From assembly GCA_046290225.1 (NCBI GenBank), contig JBKAGE010000036.1, positions 288,001 to 352,000 on the forward strand: DNA of 64,000 bases. Direction: 5' to 3'. Positions 19,158 to 28,967 of this stretch are shown here, piece by piece. Position 1 is the first letter of the stretch. The number at the start of each line of letters is the position of its first letter. The notes under the pieces are model-generated. The model saw only the letters and a list, made by a program, of their open reading frames with translations. It did not search any database and was not told where the DNA came from. The translations under genes were made by a program, and so were the position numbers. This DNA comes from Bradymonadia bacterium. Lineage in GTDB: Bacteria; Myxococcota_A; Bradymonadia; UBA7976; UBA1532.

Positions 19158-20536
19158 GTGCCCCTCCTGCCAGTGTTCGATGATGTGTTGACGGGTGTCT
19201 CGGATTTGACGGGCGCTGTGGGGGCGCCGTGGCCGTTCATCGGCGTCGGCTGCCCCTCGAGGCTGTCGATCTCGAGATTGAAGAGTTGTTGCACGAGGGC
19301 GATGGTCTGAGGGCCACCCTCAGCGCTCTGGGATCGCTTCAAGCCGGTCTGCACACCATGGAGCAGCTTGTTGATCACCCCATCGACGAGACGCTCCACC
19401 GACTTCTGCTGTGCGGGCGTCAGATCGCCGAGCTTGCCCCCGGCGCGGCTGAGCTCTTCGGCCTTGATGTCGGCGGCCTTGCGCCTGAGGGCCTGAATCA
19501 CGGGCTTCACCGCATTTTGTGTGCTCTGCGCTTGGACGAACCGGGTCACCTCGGAGGTGACCATCTGCTCTGCCTGCTCTGCCTCTCGCTGGCGACTGGC
19601 GAGGTTCTCCTGAGCGATGGAGGAGAGGTCGTCCACGTCGTAGACGAAGACCGAGTCGAGGTTGTTGATCTTGGGATCGACGTTTCGAGGTACGGCGATG
19701 TCGATGAAGAACAACGGCCGGTATTTCCGGGCCTTGAGCACCCGCTTCACCTGCTTGGGACTGATGATATAGTCCCGAGCGCCGGTGCTGGTGATGACGA
19801 TGTCGGTCCGCACCAGCAGCTCGTCGAGCTCGTCGAGACCCCGAGGGTGACCACCAAGGGCTTCGGCGAGACGTACAGCGCGATCGATGCTGCGGTTGGC
19901 CACCAGCAAGGTGTGCACCCCGCCATCGACGAGGGCCTTGGCGGCGAGCTCCCCCATCTCACCAGCGCCCACCATGAGGGCGGTGCTGCGCTTGAGATCA
20001 CCGAAGATCTGCCGCGCGAGATCGACGGCCACGCTGCTCACGGAGACAGCGTTGCGGGCGATGCCGGTCTCTGTACGGACCCGCTTGGCCACCCTCAGGG
20101 CCTGATCCATCGTGCGCTGTAGAAACGCCCCAGCAGCCCCGGACTGTCGACACAGATCGAAGGCGGTCTTGATCTGGCCCTGAATCTGAGGCTCACCCAC
20201 CACCATGCTGTCGAGGCTCGCCGTCACCCGGAATAAATGCCGCACAGCATCTGAGCCCGCATGTACGTAGGCATGGCCATCGAGCAATCGCGCCGAGGCA
20301 CCCCCGACGCTGGCGAGCACCTCGGGCAGCTGTCGACGGGCCTGGTCCACGTCTTCGGCAGCGGCGTAGACCTCTACCCGGTTACACGTGGAGAGCACAA
20401 AGGCTTCGGTGGTGCCAGGGATCGCGCTCACCGCAGCGGCGGTGTCGGGCACCTGCCCTGCAGGGATGGCGAACCGCTCTCGGATTTGCACGGGGGCGGT
20501 TCGATGGCTCAAGCCCATGACGATGAGCTGCTTCAC
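19154..20536 (-). CDS. hemA: Glutamyl-tRNA reductase
   Basis: GLSHRTAP, STCNRVE, SLDSMVVGEPQI, GAGEMG and DIAVPRNVDP. Confidence 0.97.
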   Translation of the reverse strand: MKQLIVMGLSHRTAPVQIRERFAIPAGQVPDTAAAVSAIPGTTEAFVLSTCNRVEVYAAAEDVDQARRQLPEVLASVGGASARLLDGHAYVHAGSDAVRHLFRVTASLDSMVVGEPQIQGQIKTAFDLCRQSGAAGAFLQRTMDQALRVAKRVRTETGIARNAVSVSSVAVDLARQIFGDLKRSTALMVGAGEMGELAAKALVDGGVHTLLVANRSIDRAVRLAEALGGHPRGLDELDELLVRTDIVITSTGARDYIISPKQVKRVLKARKYRPLFFIDIAVPRNVDPKINNLDSVFVYDVDDLSSIAQENLASRQREAEQAEQMVTSEVTRFVQAQSTQNAVKPVIQALRRKAADIKAEELSRAGGKLGDLTPAQQKSVERLVDGVINKLLHGVQTGLKRSQSAEGGPQTIALVQQLFNLEIDSLEGQPTPMNGHGAPTAPVKSETPVNTSSNTGRRGT

Positions 20537-20557
20537 GAGAGGGGCACCTTCATCGCT

Positions 20558-21343
20558 TCAGGCAAAGCCGAGGGTGTACTGCGCCACCACGACCATGGCC
20601 AGGATCAGCCCCGCCGCGGTGAGCACGGCGGCCCGACGGCCACGCCAGCCTGCGGTGAGACGTGCCTGGAGCACGCCGCCGTAGATCAGCCATGACACCC
20701 CAGCGAAGATGTAGGCGCTCTTCAGACCCGCCTCGGGGCCGATCTTCAGGGCAAAGGCGCTGCCGAGGAGCAAGGCCAGCGTATAGAACGGAAACCCCAC
20801 GACGATGCCCCGGAGCGAGAGCCGATCGAGGACCTCGAGGGGGGGCAGCTTCTTGCGCAGAGCCGAGCGCTTCTTGTCTTTGAGCAACCTCAGCTGCAGC
20901 AAATAGAGCAGCGATACGGCTGTGGCGAACGTGAACGCGGTGATGCCGATGAAGGCCAGGGTGATGTGGATCACCAGCAACCCGTCCGACGTGCTGGCCA
21001 TGAGGGCCGCCTCGGGGTTGGGGATCAGCAACGTGAACATGCCCAGCACGGTGGCCGGCGCGGTGACGAAGCTGCCCAGGGCGGTGATCGGGTGGCGCCG
21101 CAACAAGACGAGGTACAAGGCCCCCAGGCTCCAGGCAGAGCTGCCCAACAGCAGCCGGTTGCCTCCGGCGACGCCATGGCGGGTGGCCCAGATGATGAGG
21201 AGCACCCCCCACAGCGCGAGGGTGCCTCCGAGCATCCAGTGGGCGAGCGTGCCCTTGCCCTCCTGATGGCCCCAGAGGGCCGCCAGATAGGTCAATGTGG
21301 TCAGGGCAAAGAGCCCGACACCGATGCCGAAGGCGATCTCCAC
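20558..21343 (-). CDS. ccsA: CcsA/HemX-like cytochrome c assembly membrane protein
   Basis: About 8 TM segments, HITLA, LPPLEVLD and GWRGRRAA; typical position upstream of hemA. Confidence 0.8.
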   Translation of the reverse strand: MEIAFGIGVGLFALTTLTYLAALWGHQEGKGTLAHWMLGGTLALWGVLLIIWATRHGVAGGNRLLLGSSAWSLGALYLVLLRRHPITALGSFVTAPATVLGMFTLLIPNPEAALMASTSDGLLVIHITLAFIGITAFTFATAVSLLYLLQLRLLKDKKRSALRKKLPPLEVLDRLSLRGIVVGFPFYTLALLLGSAFALKIGPEAGLKSAYIFAGVSWLIYGGVLQARLTAGWRGRRAAVLTAAGLILAMVVVAQYTLGFA

Positions 21344-21378
21344 ACGTATCTCTCAGGTAGGGGTTTGCGAAGCGTCTC

Positions 21379-21708
21379 TCAGAGGTTGTCGTCGATCATG
21401 CCCTTGAGGCGGGCCCGCACGTTGCCGGAGAAGCCCACGTGACGATCGACGAGCTTGCCACCCTTGAACAGCAACAGCGTGGGGATGCTCTGCACGCCAT
21501 GCTGTGCGGCGACGGCCTGGCTCTCGTCGATGTTGAGCTTACCGACGACGGCCTTGTCCTTGTACTCGGTGGCCAGGGCCTCGATGTGGGGGGCGATCTG
21601 ACGGCAGGGGCCGCACCAGGGGGCCCAGAAGTCCACGAGCACGGGCTTGTCGGAGCCGAGGACCTCAGATTCCCAGTTCTTGTTGTTCAAGGTGACGTAA
21701 TCAGCCAT
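21379..21708 (-). CDS. trxA: Thioredoxin
   Basis: VLVDFWAPWCGPC and SIPTLL; ATG at 21708. Confidence 0.95.
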   Translation of the reverse strand: MADYVTLNNKNWESEVLGSDKPVLVDFWAPWCGPCRQIAPHIEALATEYKDKAVVGKLNIDESQAVAAQHGVQSIPTLLLFKGGKLVDRHVGFSGNVRARLKGMIDDNL

Positions 21709-21778
21709 CAAAGGCCTCACTTTCTCTGTTGCCCGATGTGGGCGTTCATGTTGATTCAGTCTCTGCGGGGTGATGCCA

Positions 21779-22879
21779 TCAAAAGATGGTACGTCGCAAT
21801 CTGATGTTGAGCAGCAGGCCAAAGGCGGCCATCACCGTCAACACAGAAGAGCCGCCATAGCTCATCAGCGGCAGCGTCACCCCGGTCACTGGCAAGATGT
21901 TGAGCACCATACCCACGTTCATGAACACCTGCCAGAACAGCAGCGCCGCCACCCCCACCGCCACGTGACCCCCGAACTTCTCCCGAGCCTGAACGGCGAT
22001 GCGCAGGGCCCACAAGATGATGGCCATGTACAGCAACAACACCCCAGCGGCGCCGATGAAGCCCTGCTCTTCGGCGAAGTTGGCGAAGACGAAGTCGGTG
22101 TGGTTCTCGGGGAGGAAGCCCCCGGAGACCTGCGTGCCCTGACCGTGCCCCTTGCCGAAAAACTGACCGCTGCCCACGGCCACTCGAGCCTGGAAAGCGT
22201 GCCAGCCAGATCCGAGGGTGTCGGTCTTGCCGTCGAGCAAGGTGAGGATGCGATCTTTCTGGTAGTCCCGGAGCACGAACATCCACATCAGAGGCATCGC
22301 CGCGATGCCTGCACCGATGAGGCTCATGAGGGCTCGACGATCGAAGCGCTCGAAGGCCAGCATCGACATCCCGATGAACATGATCATCAGCGTGTGGCCG
22401 AGATCAGGCTCCTGTAGAATCAGGAACATGGGCATGCCGAGCAGGGCTGCGGCGGGTACGAGATCCCGCAGGCTGTACCCCCCAGGGCGCCGTACCTTGT
22501 TGAACCATGTGGCCAACATCAAGATGACTGCCAGCTTCGCAAGCTCGGAGGGCTGGAAGCTGGTGCCACCGAAGTCGAACCACCGCCGCGATCCGTTCAC
22601 CTCCTTGCCCACGACGAGCACCAGGGCGAGCAGGACGACGACGCAGGTGTAGAAGATGGGGGCGTAGCGCTGCAGGCTGCGGTAGTTGATGGCCGCCACC
22701 ACGGCCATCACCCCAGTGCCGATGAGCAGGAAGTACACCTGCTTCATGTAGATCTGACTGTTCGCTGCCGCAGAGGTGCTCTGCAGGTTGATTACGCCGA
22801 TGCTGGCGAGCAGGGCCACCATGCCCAGCAACGCCCAGTCGATCCGCCCGATGGCGGACTGTTGTCTTGAGACTGCCAC
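21779..22879 (-). CDS. rodA: Rod shape-determining SEDS glycosyltransferase
   Basis: FQPSELAK, EPDLG, GSGQFFGKG, FLPENHTDF and LPLMSYGGSS; GTG start inferred just after the mrdA stop. Confidence 0.95.
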   Translation of the reverse strand: MAVSRQQSAIGRIDWALLGMVALLASIGVINLQSTSAAANSQIYMKQVYFLLIGTGVMAVVAAINYRSLQRYAPIFYTCVVVLLALVLVVGKEVNGSRRWFDFGGTSFQPSELAKLAVILMLATWFNKVRRPGGYSLRDLVPAAALLGMPMFLILQEPDLGHTLMIMFIGMSMLAFERFDRRALMSLIGAGIAAMPLMWMFVLRDYQKDRILTLLDGKTDTLGSGWHAFQARVAVGSGQFFGKGHGQGTQVSGGFLPENHTDFVFANFAEEQGFIGAAGVLLLYMAIILWALRIAVQAREKFGGHVAVGVAALLFWQVFMNVGMVLNILPVTGVTLPLMSYGGSSVLTVMAAFGLLLNIRLRRTIF

Positions 22880-22886
22880 CTCGAAC

Positions 22887-24821
22887 TCACTGCACGGTGG
22901 GGCCGGCGGCCTCACCCTCACCTTCGTCCACGTCATTGCTCACGTGGGCGGTGAAGATGGGCTCGATGCGCTCGTGATACGCCTGCACAATCTTGGAGAA
23001 CAGTGGGGCGGCGTCCTTGCCACCGCTGCCGCCGTGCTCCAGGAACACCACCACGGCAATTTTCGGGTTCTCTGCAGGGGCGTAGCCAGCGAACCAGGCA
23101 TGGTTGCGATCGCGGAACCGCTTCACTTTCTGGCGGTTTCCGTGACGGATGATCTTGCGCACCTGGGCGGTGCCTGTCTTGCCGGCAACTGGACCGTAGG
23201 GGACCTGGGCGAGATGGGCGGTGCCTCGCTCTTCGTCCATGATGGCTTGCTGCAAGGCCACCTGGATCGCATGCAGGTGCGCTTCGCTGGCCTGCAGGTT
23301 GCCGATGACCGTGGGCTCGTACCGACTCACCACCTTGCCATCACGGGTCTGAATGCGATCGACGATGCGGGGGGCGAACAGGCTACCCCCGTTGGCGAGA
23401 GCAGCGTAGGCCATGGCCATCTGCAGCGGGCTGGTGCGTACATCGCCCTGGCCCACTGCGGTAGAAAGCGCCAGACCATACTGGTAGCCGCCGTCGGTGT
23501 GCTCTTCGTGCCACTGCTTGGTGGGCACCAGCCCCGGGGATTCGCCGTTGATGCGCAGCGTGGTGCGCTTCCCGAAGCCAAAGCGCTTGGCATAAATCGA
23601 CAACGTGTCGATCTGCAGCACCTCACCGAGCTTGTAGAAATACACGTCTGCCGAGGCGGCCATGGCCTGGGCGAGGTTGATCACCCCGTGGCCAGAGAGC
23701 TTGTGGCAGTGAAAGATGCGGTTACCGAACTCGTACTTACCGGGGCTGTCGATCTCGGTCTCGGGGGTGATGATGCCTTCCTGCAGCGCAGCGAGGGCGG
23801 TGACCACCTTGTAGACAGATCCAGGGAAGTACGAGTGCACGCTCTTGTCGAGCATGGGGTTGAAGGGGTTCTCGTCGATGGCCCGCTTCACCTCACGGCT
23901 GAGGCGCCCTGACCACTGGTTCGGATCGAAGCCGGGCTTCGACACGATGCCCTTCACGGTGCCATCGTGTATGTCCACCACCACGGCGGCGCCTGAGTCA
24001 TAACGCGCGAGGGTGGACTCGAGCAGCTTCTGCACGTCTTTGTCGATGGTGAGCACGAGATCGAACCCCGGCTCAGGGTTCTTGATGATGTCGGTCTCCA
24101 CCCGCTTGAGCACGCTCTGGTCGACCTCTTTGCTCCCTCGGGCGTCGACGACGTGACGCCAGAACCCGTCACGGCCGGCGAGGATCTCGTCGTACCGCCG
24201 CTCGAGGCCGGACCGACCGATCATCGAGTCGGCCTCAATGCCCCGATCGGCCATGGCTCGGAGCTCTCGGGCGTTGGGCTTGCCCAGGTAGCCCAGCAGG
24301 TGAGCGCCGCTCTCTTTCTCGGGGTAGGTACGCTGATGGTGCACCTGCACCTCGAGGCCGTCGATGCGAGCCCGCAGCGCCTCGAGGCGTGCCACGCGGG
24401 TGCGATCGATGTCCCGCTTCACCCGAAACCCCTTGTGTCGCCAGATGCCCCGAGGGTGCTCGATGCGCTCCCTCAGCCGCTCCTGATCCAGGGCGTCGAG
24501 GCCGAGCACGTCACCGAGGCCCTTGAGCAGCGCGTCGATGTCGGTCACCTGAGCGGGCGTCACATAGAGATCGAAAGAGGGCCGATCATAGGCAAGCACA
24601 TTGCCGTTGATGTCGTAGATCGAGCCACGGCTCGCGGGCCGATTCTCTTTGCGCATGAAGTTGCGCTCGGCCACCTCTCGGAGCTCATCGCCCTTGACGA
24701 TCTGCAAATCGACGAGTCGGAGGATGAAGATGGAGAACACCCCGAGCACCGCCAGGACCAGGCGCCGCGCCCGCTGCCGATAACCGGCGGCGGAGGAGTC
24801 GAGGTAGACGTCGTTCTCCAC
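22887..24821 (-). CDS. mrdA: Penicillin-binding protein 2
   Basis: N-terminal TM, RGSIYD, PGSVYK (SxxK), SAD (SxN variant) and KTGTAQ; start inferred at GTG 24821. Confidence 0.95.
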   Translation of the reverse strand: MENDVYLDSSAAGYRQRARRLVLAVLGVFSIFILRLVDLQIVKGDELREVAERNFMRKENRPASRGSIYDINGNVLAYDRPSFDLYVTPAQVTDIDALLKGLGDVLGLDALDQERLRERIEHPRGIWRHKGFRVKRDIDRTRVARLEALRARIDGLEVQVHHQRTYPEKESGAHLLGYLGKPNARELRAMADRGIEADSMIGRSGLERRYDEILAGRDGFWRHVVDARGSKEVDQSVLKRVETDIIKNPEPGFDLVLTIDKDVQKLLESTLARYDSGAAVVVDIHDGTVKGIVSKPGFDPNQWSGRLSREVKRAIDENPFNPMLDKSVHSYFPGSVYKVVTALAALQEGIITPETEIDSPGKYEFGNRIFHCHKLSGHGVINLAQAMAASADVYFYKLGEVLQIDTLSIYAKRFGFGKRTTLRINGESPGLVPTKQWHEEHTDGGYQYGLALSTAVGQGDVRTSPLQMAMAYAALANGGSLFAPRIVDRIQTRDGKVVSRYEPTVIGNLQASEAHLHAIQVALQQAIMDEERGTAHLAQVPYGPVAGKTGTAQVRKIIRHGNRQKVKRFRDRNHAWFAGYAPAENPKIAVVVFLEHGGSGGKDAAPLFSKIVQAYHERIEPIFTAHVSNDVDEGEGEAAGPTVQ

Positions 24822-24920
24822 AACCTGCTCCCCAGCCTTCGAGGGCTGTTCGCAGTGAGGGCCGAGATCGAAGATCCCAGGGCTCAAAGACGCGAAAGGC
24901 TAGCAGAACGCCCCTGACCC

Positions 24921-24942
24921 CACAAGACGGGGCCATCTTGTG
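24921..24942. promoter_or_regulatory. Inverted repeat (possible operator) between the divergent mrdA and thiolase genes
   Basis: CACAAGA-N8-TCTTGTG. Confidence 0.3.
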
Positions 24943-25073
24943 CAGCACGGTCATGACCCTCGAGGAATCCTCCCCGTCAGGGCCGGAATCCGTTATCTTG
25001 GCCGCCCCCAAGAGGGCCACCCTCCCCCCTCGGGACCAACTTCTAACCCCCCTCGCGACACGGGAGCCTCATC

Positions 25074-26327
25074 ATGTCCTTGCGTCGGCGCGCCTTCGTC
25101 CTCGGAGGCCACATCACCCCCTTCATCGGCAAGCACCACCCCGACTTCATCTGGAAGCGCCATCCTGACTTCGGCACGCGGGAGAACCCCACCCTCGAGG
25201 ACTACATCCTCAAGGCGGTGACCGGCGCCCTCGAGTCCACGGGCACCCCGGCGAGCGCCATCGAGAAGGGTTGGATCGGCAACTTCTGTGGTGAGCTGTT
25301 CAGCAACCAGGGCCACTTGGGGCCTGCCGTGGCCGGTGCCCACCCCGACTTGCTGTTCAAGCCCTTCATGCGCGTCGAAGGGGCCTGCGCCTCCGGCGGT
25401 CTGGCCTTTGTGAGCGCTCTGGAGTCGATCCAGGCCGGGACCGATGTCACCCTGGTGGTGGGCGCCGAGGTTCAGACCACCGTCTCCGCCCGTGAGGGTG
25501 GCGACTTCCTCGCTCGGGCCTCTCACTACCGGCGCCAGCGCCCCATCGACGACTTCACCTTCCCCGCCATGTTCGCCAACCGGAACATGCACTATCAGCA
25601 GGCCACCGATCTCACCGCCGCCGATCTGGCCAAGGTGAGCGCCAAGGCCTACGCCAACGCCAACAAGAATCCCCTGGCCCACATGCGGGCGGTCACCATG
25701 ACCGAGACCGACATCCTCGAGGGCAAGAACCCGCAGTTCCTGAGCAACGAGGCCCTCAAGCCCTACCTGCACATGAGCGACTGCTCTCAGGTCTCCGATG
25801 GTGGCGCCGCCATGATCGTCGTGAGCGAGGAGGGACTGGCCAAGCTGGGCAAGACCCCCGCCGACGCCATCGAGGTCCTCTCCATAGGCCACGCCACGGG
25901 CAACCTCTTCGTCGACGCCGATCCGCTCCGTCTGCTCACCACCGAGGCCGCCGTGTCCAAGGCATATGAGGGCGCTGGCCTGAAGGCCGAGGATGTCCAG
26001 ATCGCCGAGGTCCACGACTGCTTCACCATCACCGAGGTGCTGATGTACGAGGCCATCGGCCTTGCAGCCCACGGCAAAGGCGCCCACTTGATCCGGGAGG
26101 GGCACACCAACCTCGAAGGCAAGATCCCCGTGAACACCGGCGGCGGCCTGGTGGGCTACGGTCACCCCGTGGGGGCCACAGGCATCAAGCAGGTGCTGGA
26201 GATCTTCCGCCAGATGAAGGGGCAGTGCGGCGACTATCAGGTGTCCAGCACTCCTGAGGTGGGCCTGTGCGCCAACATGGGCGGCGACGACAAGACCGCC
26301 GTGGTCACCGTGCTGGCCAACCGCTGA
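25074..26327 (+). CDS. SCP2-type thiolase (acetyl-CoA C-acyltransferase)
   Basis: EGACASGG, HDCF and GHPVGATG, with NMGG in place of the CxG motif of classical thiolases. Confidence 0.92.
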   Translation: MSLRRRAFVLGGHITPFIGKHHPDFIWKRHPDFGTRENPTLEDYILKAVTGALESTGTPASAIEKGWIGNFCGELFSNQGHLGPAVAGAHPDLLFKPFMRVEGACASGGLAFVSALESIQAGTDVTLVVGAEVQTTVSAREGGDFLARASHYRRQRPIDDFTFPAMFANRNMHYQQATDLTAADLAKVSAKAYANANKNPLAHMRAVTMTETDILEGKNPQFLSNEALKPYLHMSDCSQVSDGGAAMIVVSEEGLAKLGKTPADAIEVLSIGHATGNLFVDADPLRLLTTEAAVSKAYEGAGLKAEDVQIAEVHDCFTITEVLMYEAIGLAAHGKGAHLIREGHTNLEGKIPVNTGGGLVGYGHPVGATGIKQVLEIFRQMKGQCGDYQVSSTPEVGLCANMGGDDKTAVVTVLANR

Positions 26328-26355
26328 AGCTGATGGTGGGCTCGACGGCCCACCA

Positions 26356-26865
26356 TCAACTCAACAGATCGTTCTCCACACGGCGCACCGCCAGCGACTG
26401 CACCCAATTGAAGATGGGGAACAAAATCGGCACGCAGATCAGCACCAGGGTGATGCGGGGGATCAACAATGCCCCCACCCTGGCGTTGAGGGCCGTATCT
26501 CCGAGGAACACCCTGCTGATCAGGGCCATGCACAACAGGCTGGCCAGCCCCCCGAGCCCTCCGAGCATCAGTCGCCCGAAGAATCCGCGAAAGGCCACCC
26601 GCTCGGCGAGCCCGCGGGCGAGGTAGTAGATCAACAAGCCATGGAGCATGTGCAGCCCCGCCGGGGCCGTGGTGATGCCGTCTTTGAGCAGCCCCACCAG
26701 CGTCGTGGTGAGTGGCCCCGAAGGCCCCTGGCGGGTGCTGCCCAGCCACAGGATCAACACCGTGGTGGTCTCCGGTGCCCAGGCATCGAGGGCCCAGGCC
26801 TCGCGGCAAAACAGATCGAAAGACAGGGTGACGAGACCCAGCAACAGGGCCACAAAGGCGCTCAT
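26356..26865 (-). CDS. mreD: Rod shape-determining protein MreD
   Basis: Small polytopic membrane protein with GLLKD motif, overlapping the mreC stop. Confidence 0.75.
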   Translation of the reverse strand: MSAFVALLLGLVTLSFDLFCREAWALDAWAPETTTVLILWLGSTRQGPSGPLTTTLVGLLKDGITTAPAGLHMLHGLLIYYLARGLAERVAFRGFFGRLMLGGLGGLASLLCMALISRVFLGDTALNARVGALLIPRITLVLICVPILFPIFNWVQSLAVRRVENDLLS

Positions 26866-27758
26866 GGGCTGTCCTCTTCGGGCTCTGGCGGGGCCAGCTC
26901 CGACCCGTCGGGGGTGAGCCCCGTGGGACCGAGCACTACGAAGACCTCGTCGAGATCGCTCAGATCGACCATGGGCCGGGCCACTGCTTCTTGGAACATG
27001 CCGTGGCGGGTGCGGTTGACGTCGGCCACCTCACCGACCACCAGCCCACGTGGGTAACGGCCATCGTCGCCGGTGGTGACCACCCGCTCGCCGTGTACGG
27101 TCTCGATGTTGCGCTCGAGGTACTCCAGGCGCGCGGCATATCGGTCAGCCTCACCGGTGCCCACAGCGATGCCTCGGGCCTTGCTCTTCTCGAGCACCAC
27201 GTCGATGGCGCTGCGGGGATCGGTGACCAGCATCACCTCGGCGCGATCGCCGTTGACCGTGCGCACCTGCCCCACCACACCGCCTTCGGCGATGACCGGC
27301 ATGCCCTCTTCGATGTCGACCCCCTCACCGCTCACGTCGAGGGTGATGCGGATCACGCGGAAGTAGGCGCTCGTCGTGCGAGAGACCACCCGGGCTGCTC
27401 TCAAACGCAGATCTTTTCGGCGATCACCGAGCTGGAGCAGCCCACGCAAGCGCTCGTTCTCTGCACGCAGCTCGTCCACCTCGGCGAGTGTGGAGCGCAA
27501 ACGCTTCAGCTCGCTCTTCAGTGCCTCGTGCTCTTCGCGCAGATCGAGCACGGCCACGTAGCCATCCCACCAGCCGCGAATGCCGGAAGCCGCCTGAACC
27601 ACGGCGTCATGGAGCGGAGAGACCACCACTGAGAGCACCCGGCCCACGGGGCCTGGCGATCTGCCCTGACGATCGAGCTGCAGCAACAGAATGGCAGAGA
27701 GGATGAGGCCGATGCCGAGGAGCACACCGGCGAGAGGAGAGCGCTGTCGAGTTCTCAC
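26862..27758 (-). CDS. mreC: Rod shape-determining protein MreC
   Basis: N-terminal TM, coiled coil ENERLRGLL, GVVGQV and YPRGLVVG. Confidence 0.93.
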   Translation of the reverse strand: MRTRQRSPLAGVLLGIGLILSAILLLQLDRQGRSPGPVGRVLSVVVSPLHDAVVQAASGIRGWWDGYVAVLDLREEHEALKSELKRLRSTLAEVDELRAENERLRGLLQLGDRRKDLRLRAARVVSRTTSAYFRVIRITLDVSGEGVDIEEGMPVIAEGGVVGQVRTVNGDRAEVMLVTDPRSAIDVVLEKSKARGIAVGTGEADRYAARLEYLERNIETVHGERVVTTGDDGRYPRGLVVGEVADVNRTRHGMFQEAVARPMVDLSDLDEVFVVLGPTGLTPDGSELAPPEPEEDSP

Positions 27759-27782
27759 GATCGATTTGAGTGGCCGTCGAGA

Positions 27783-28940
<1,158 letters not shown>

Positions 28941-28967
28941 TCAACGAGCCAGAGCCCGGATCACGTT

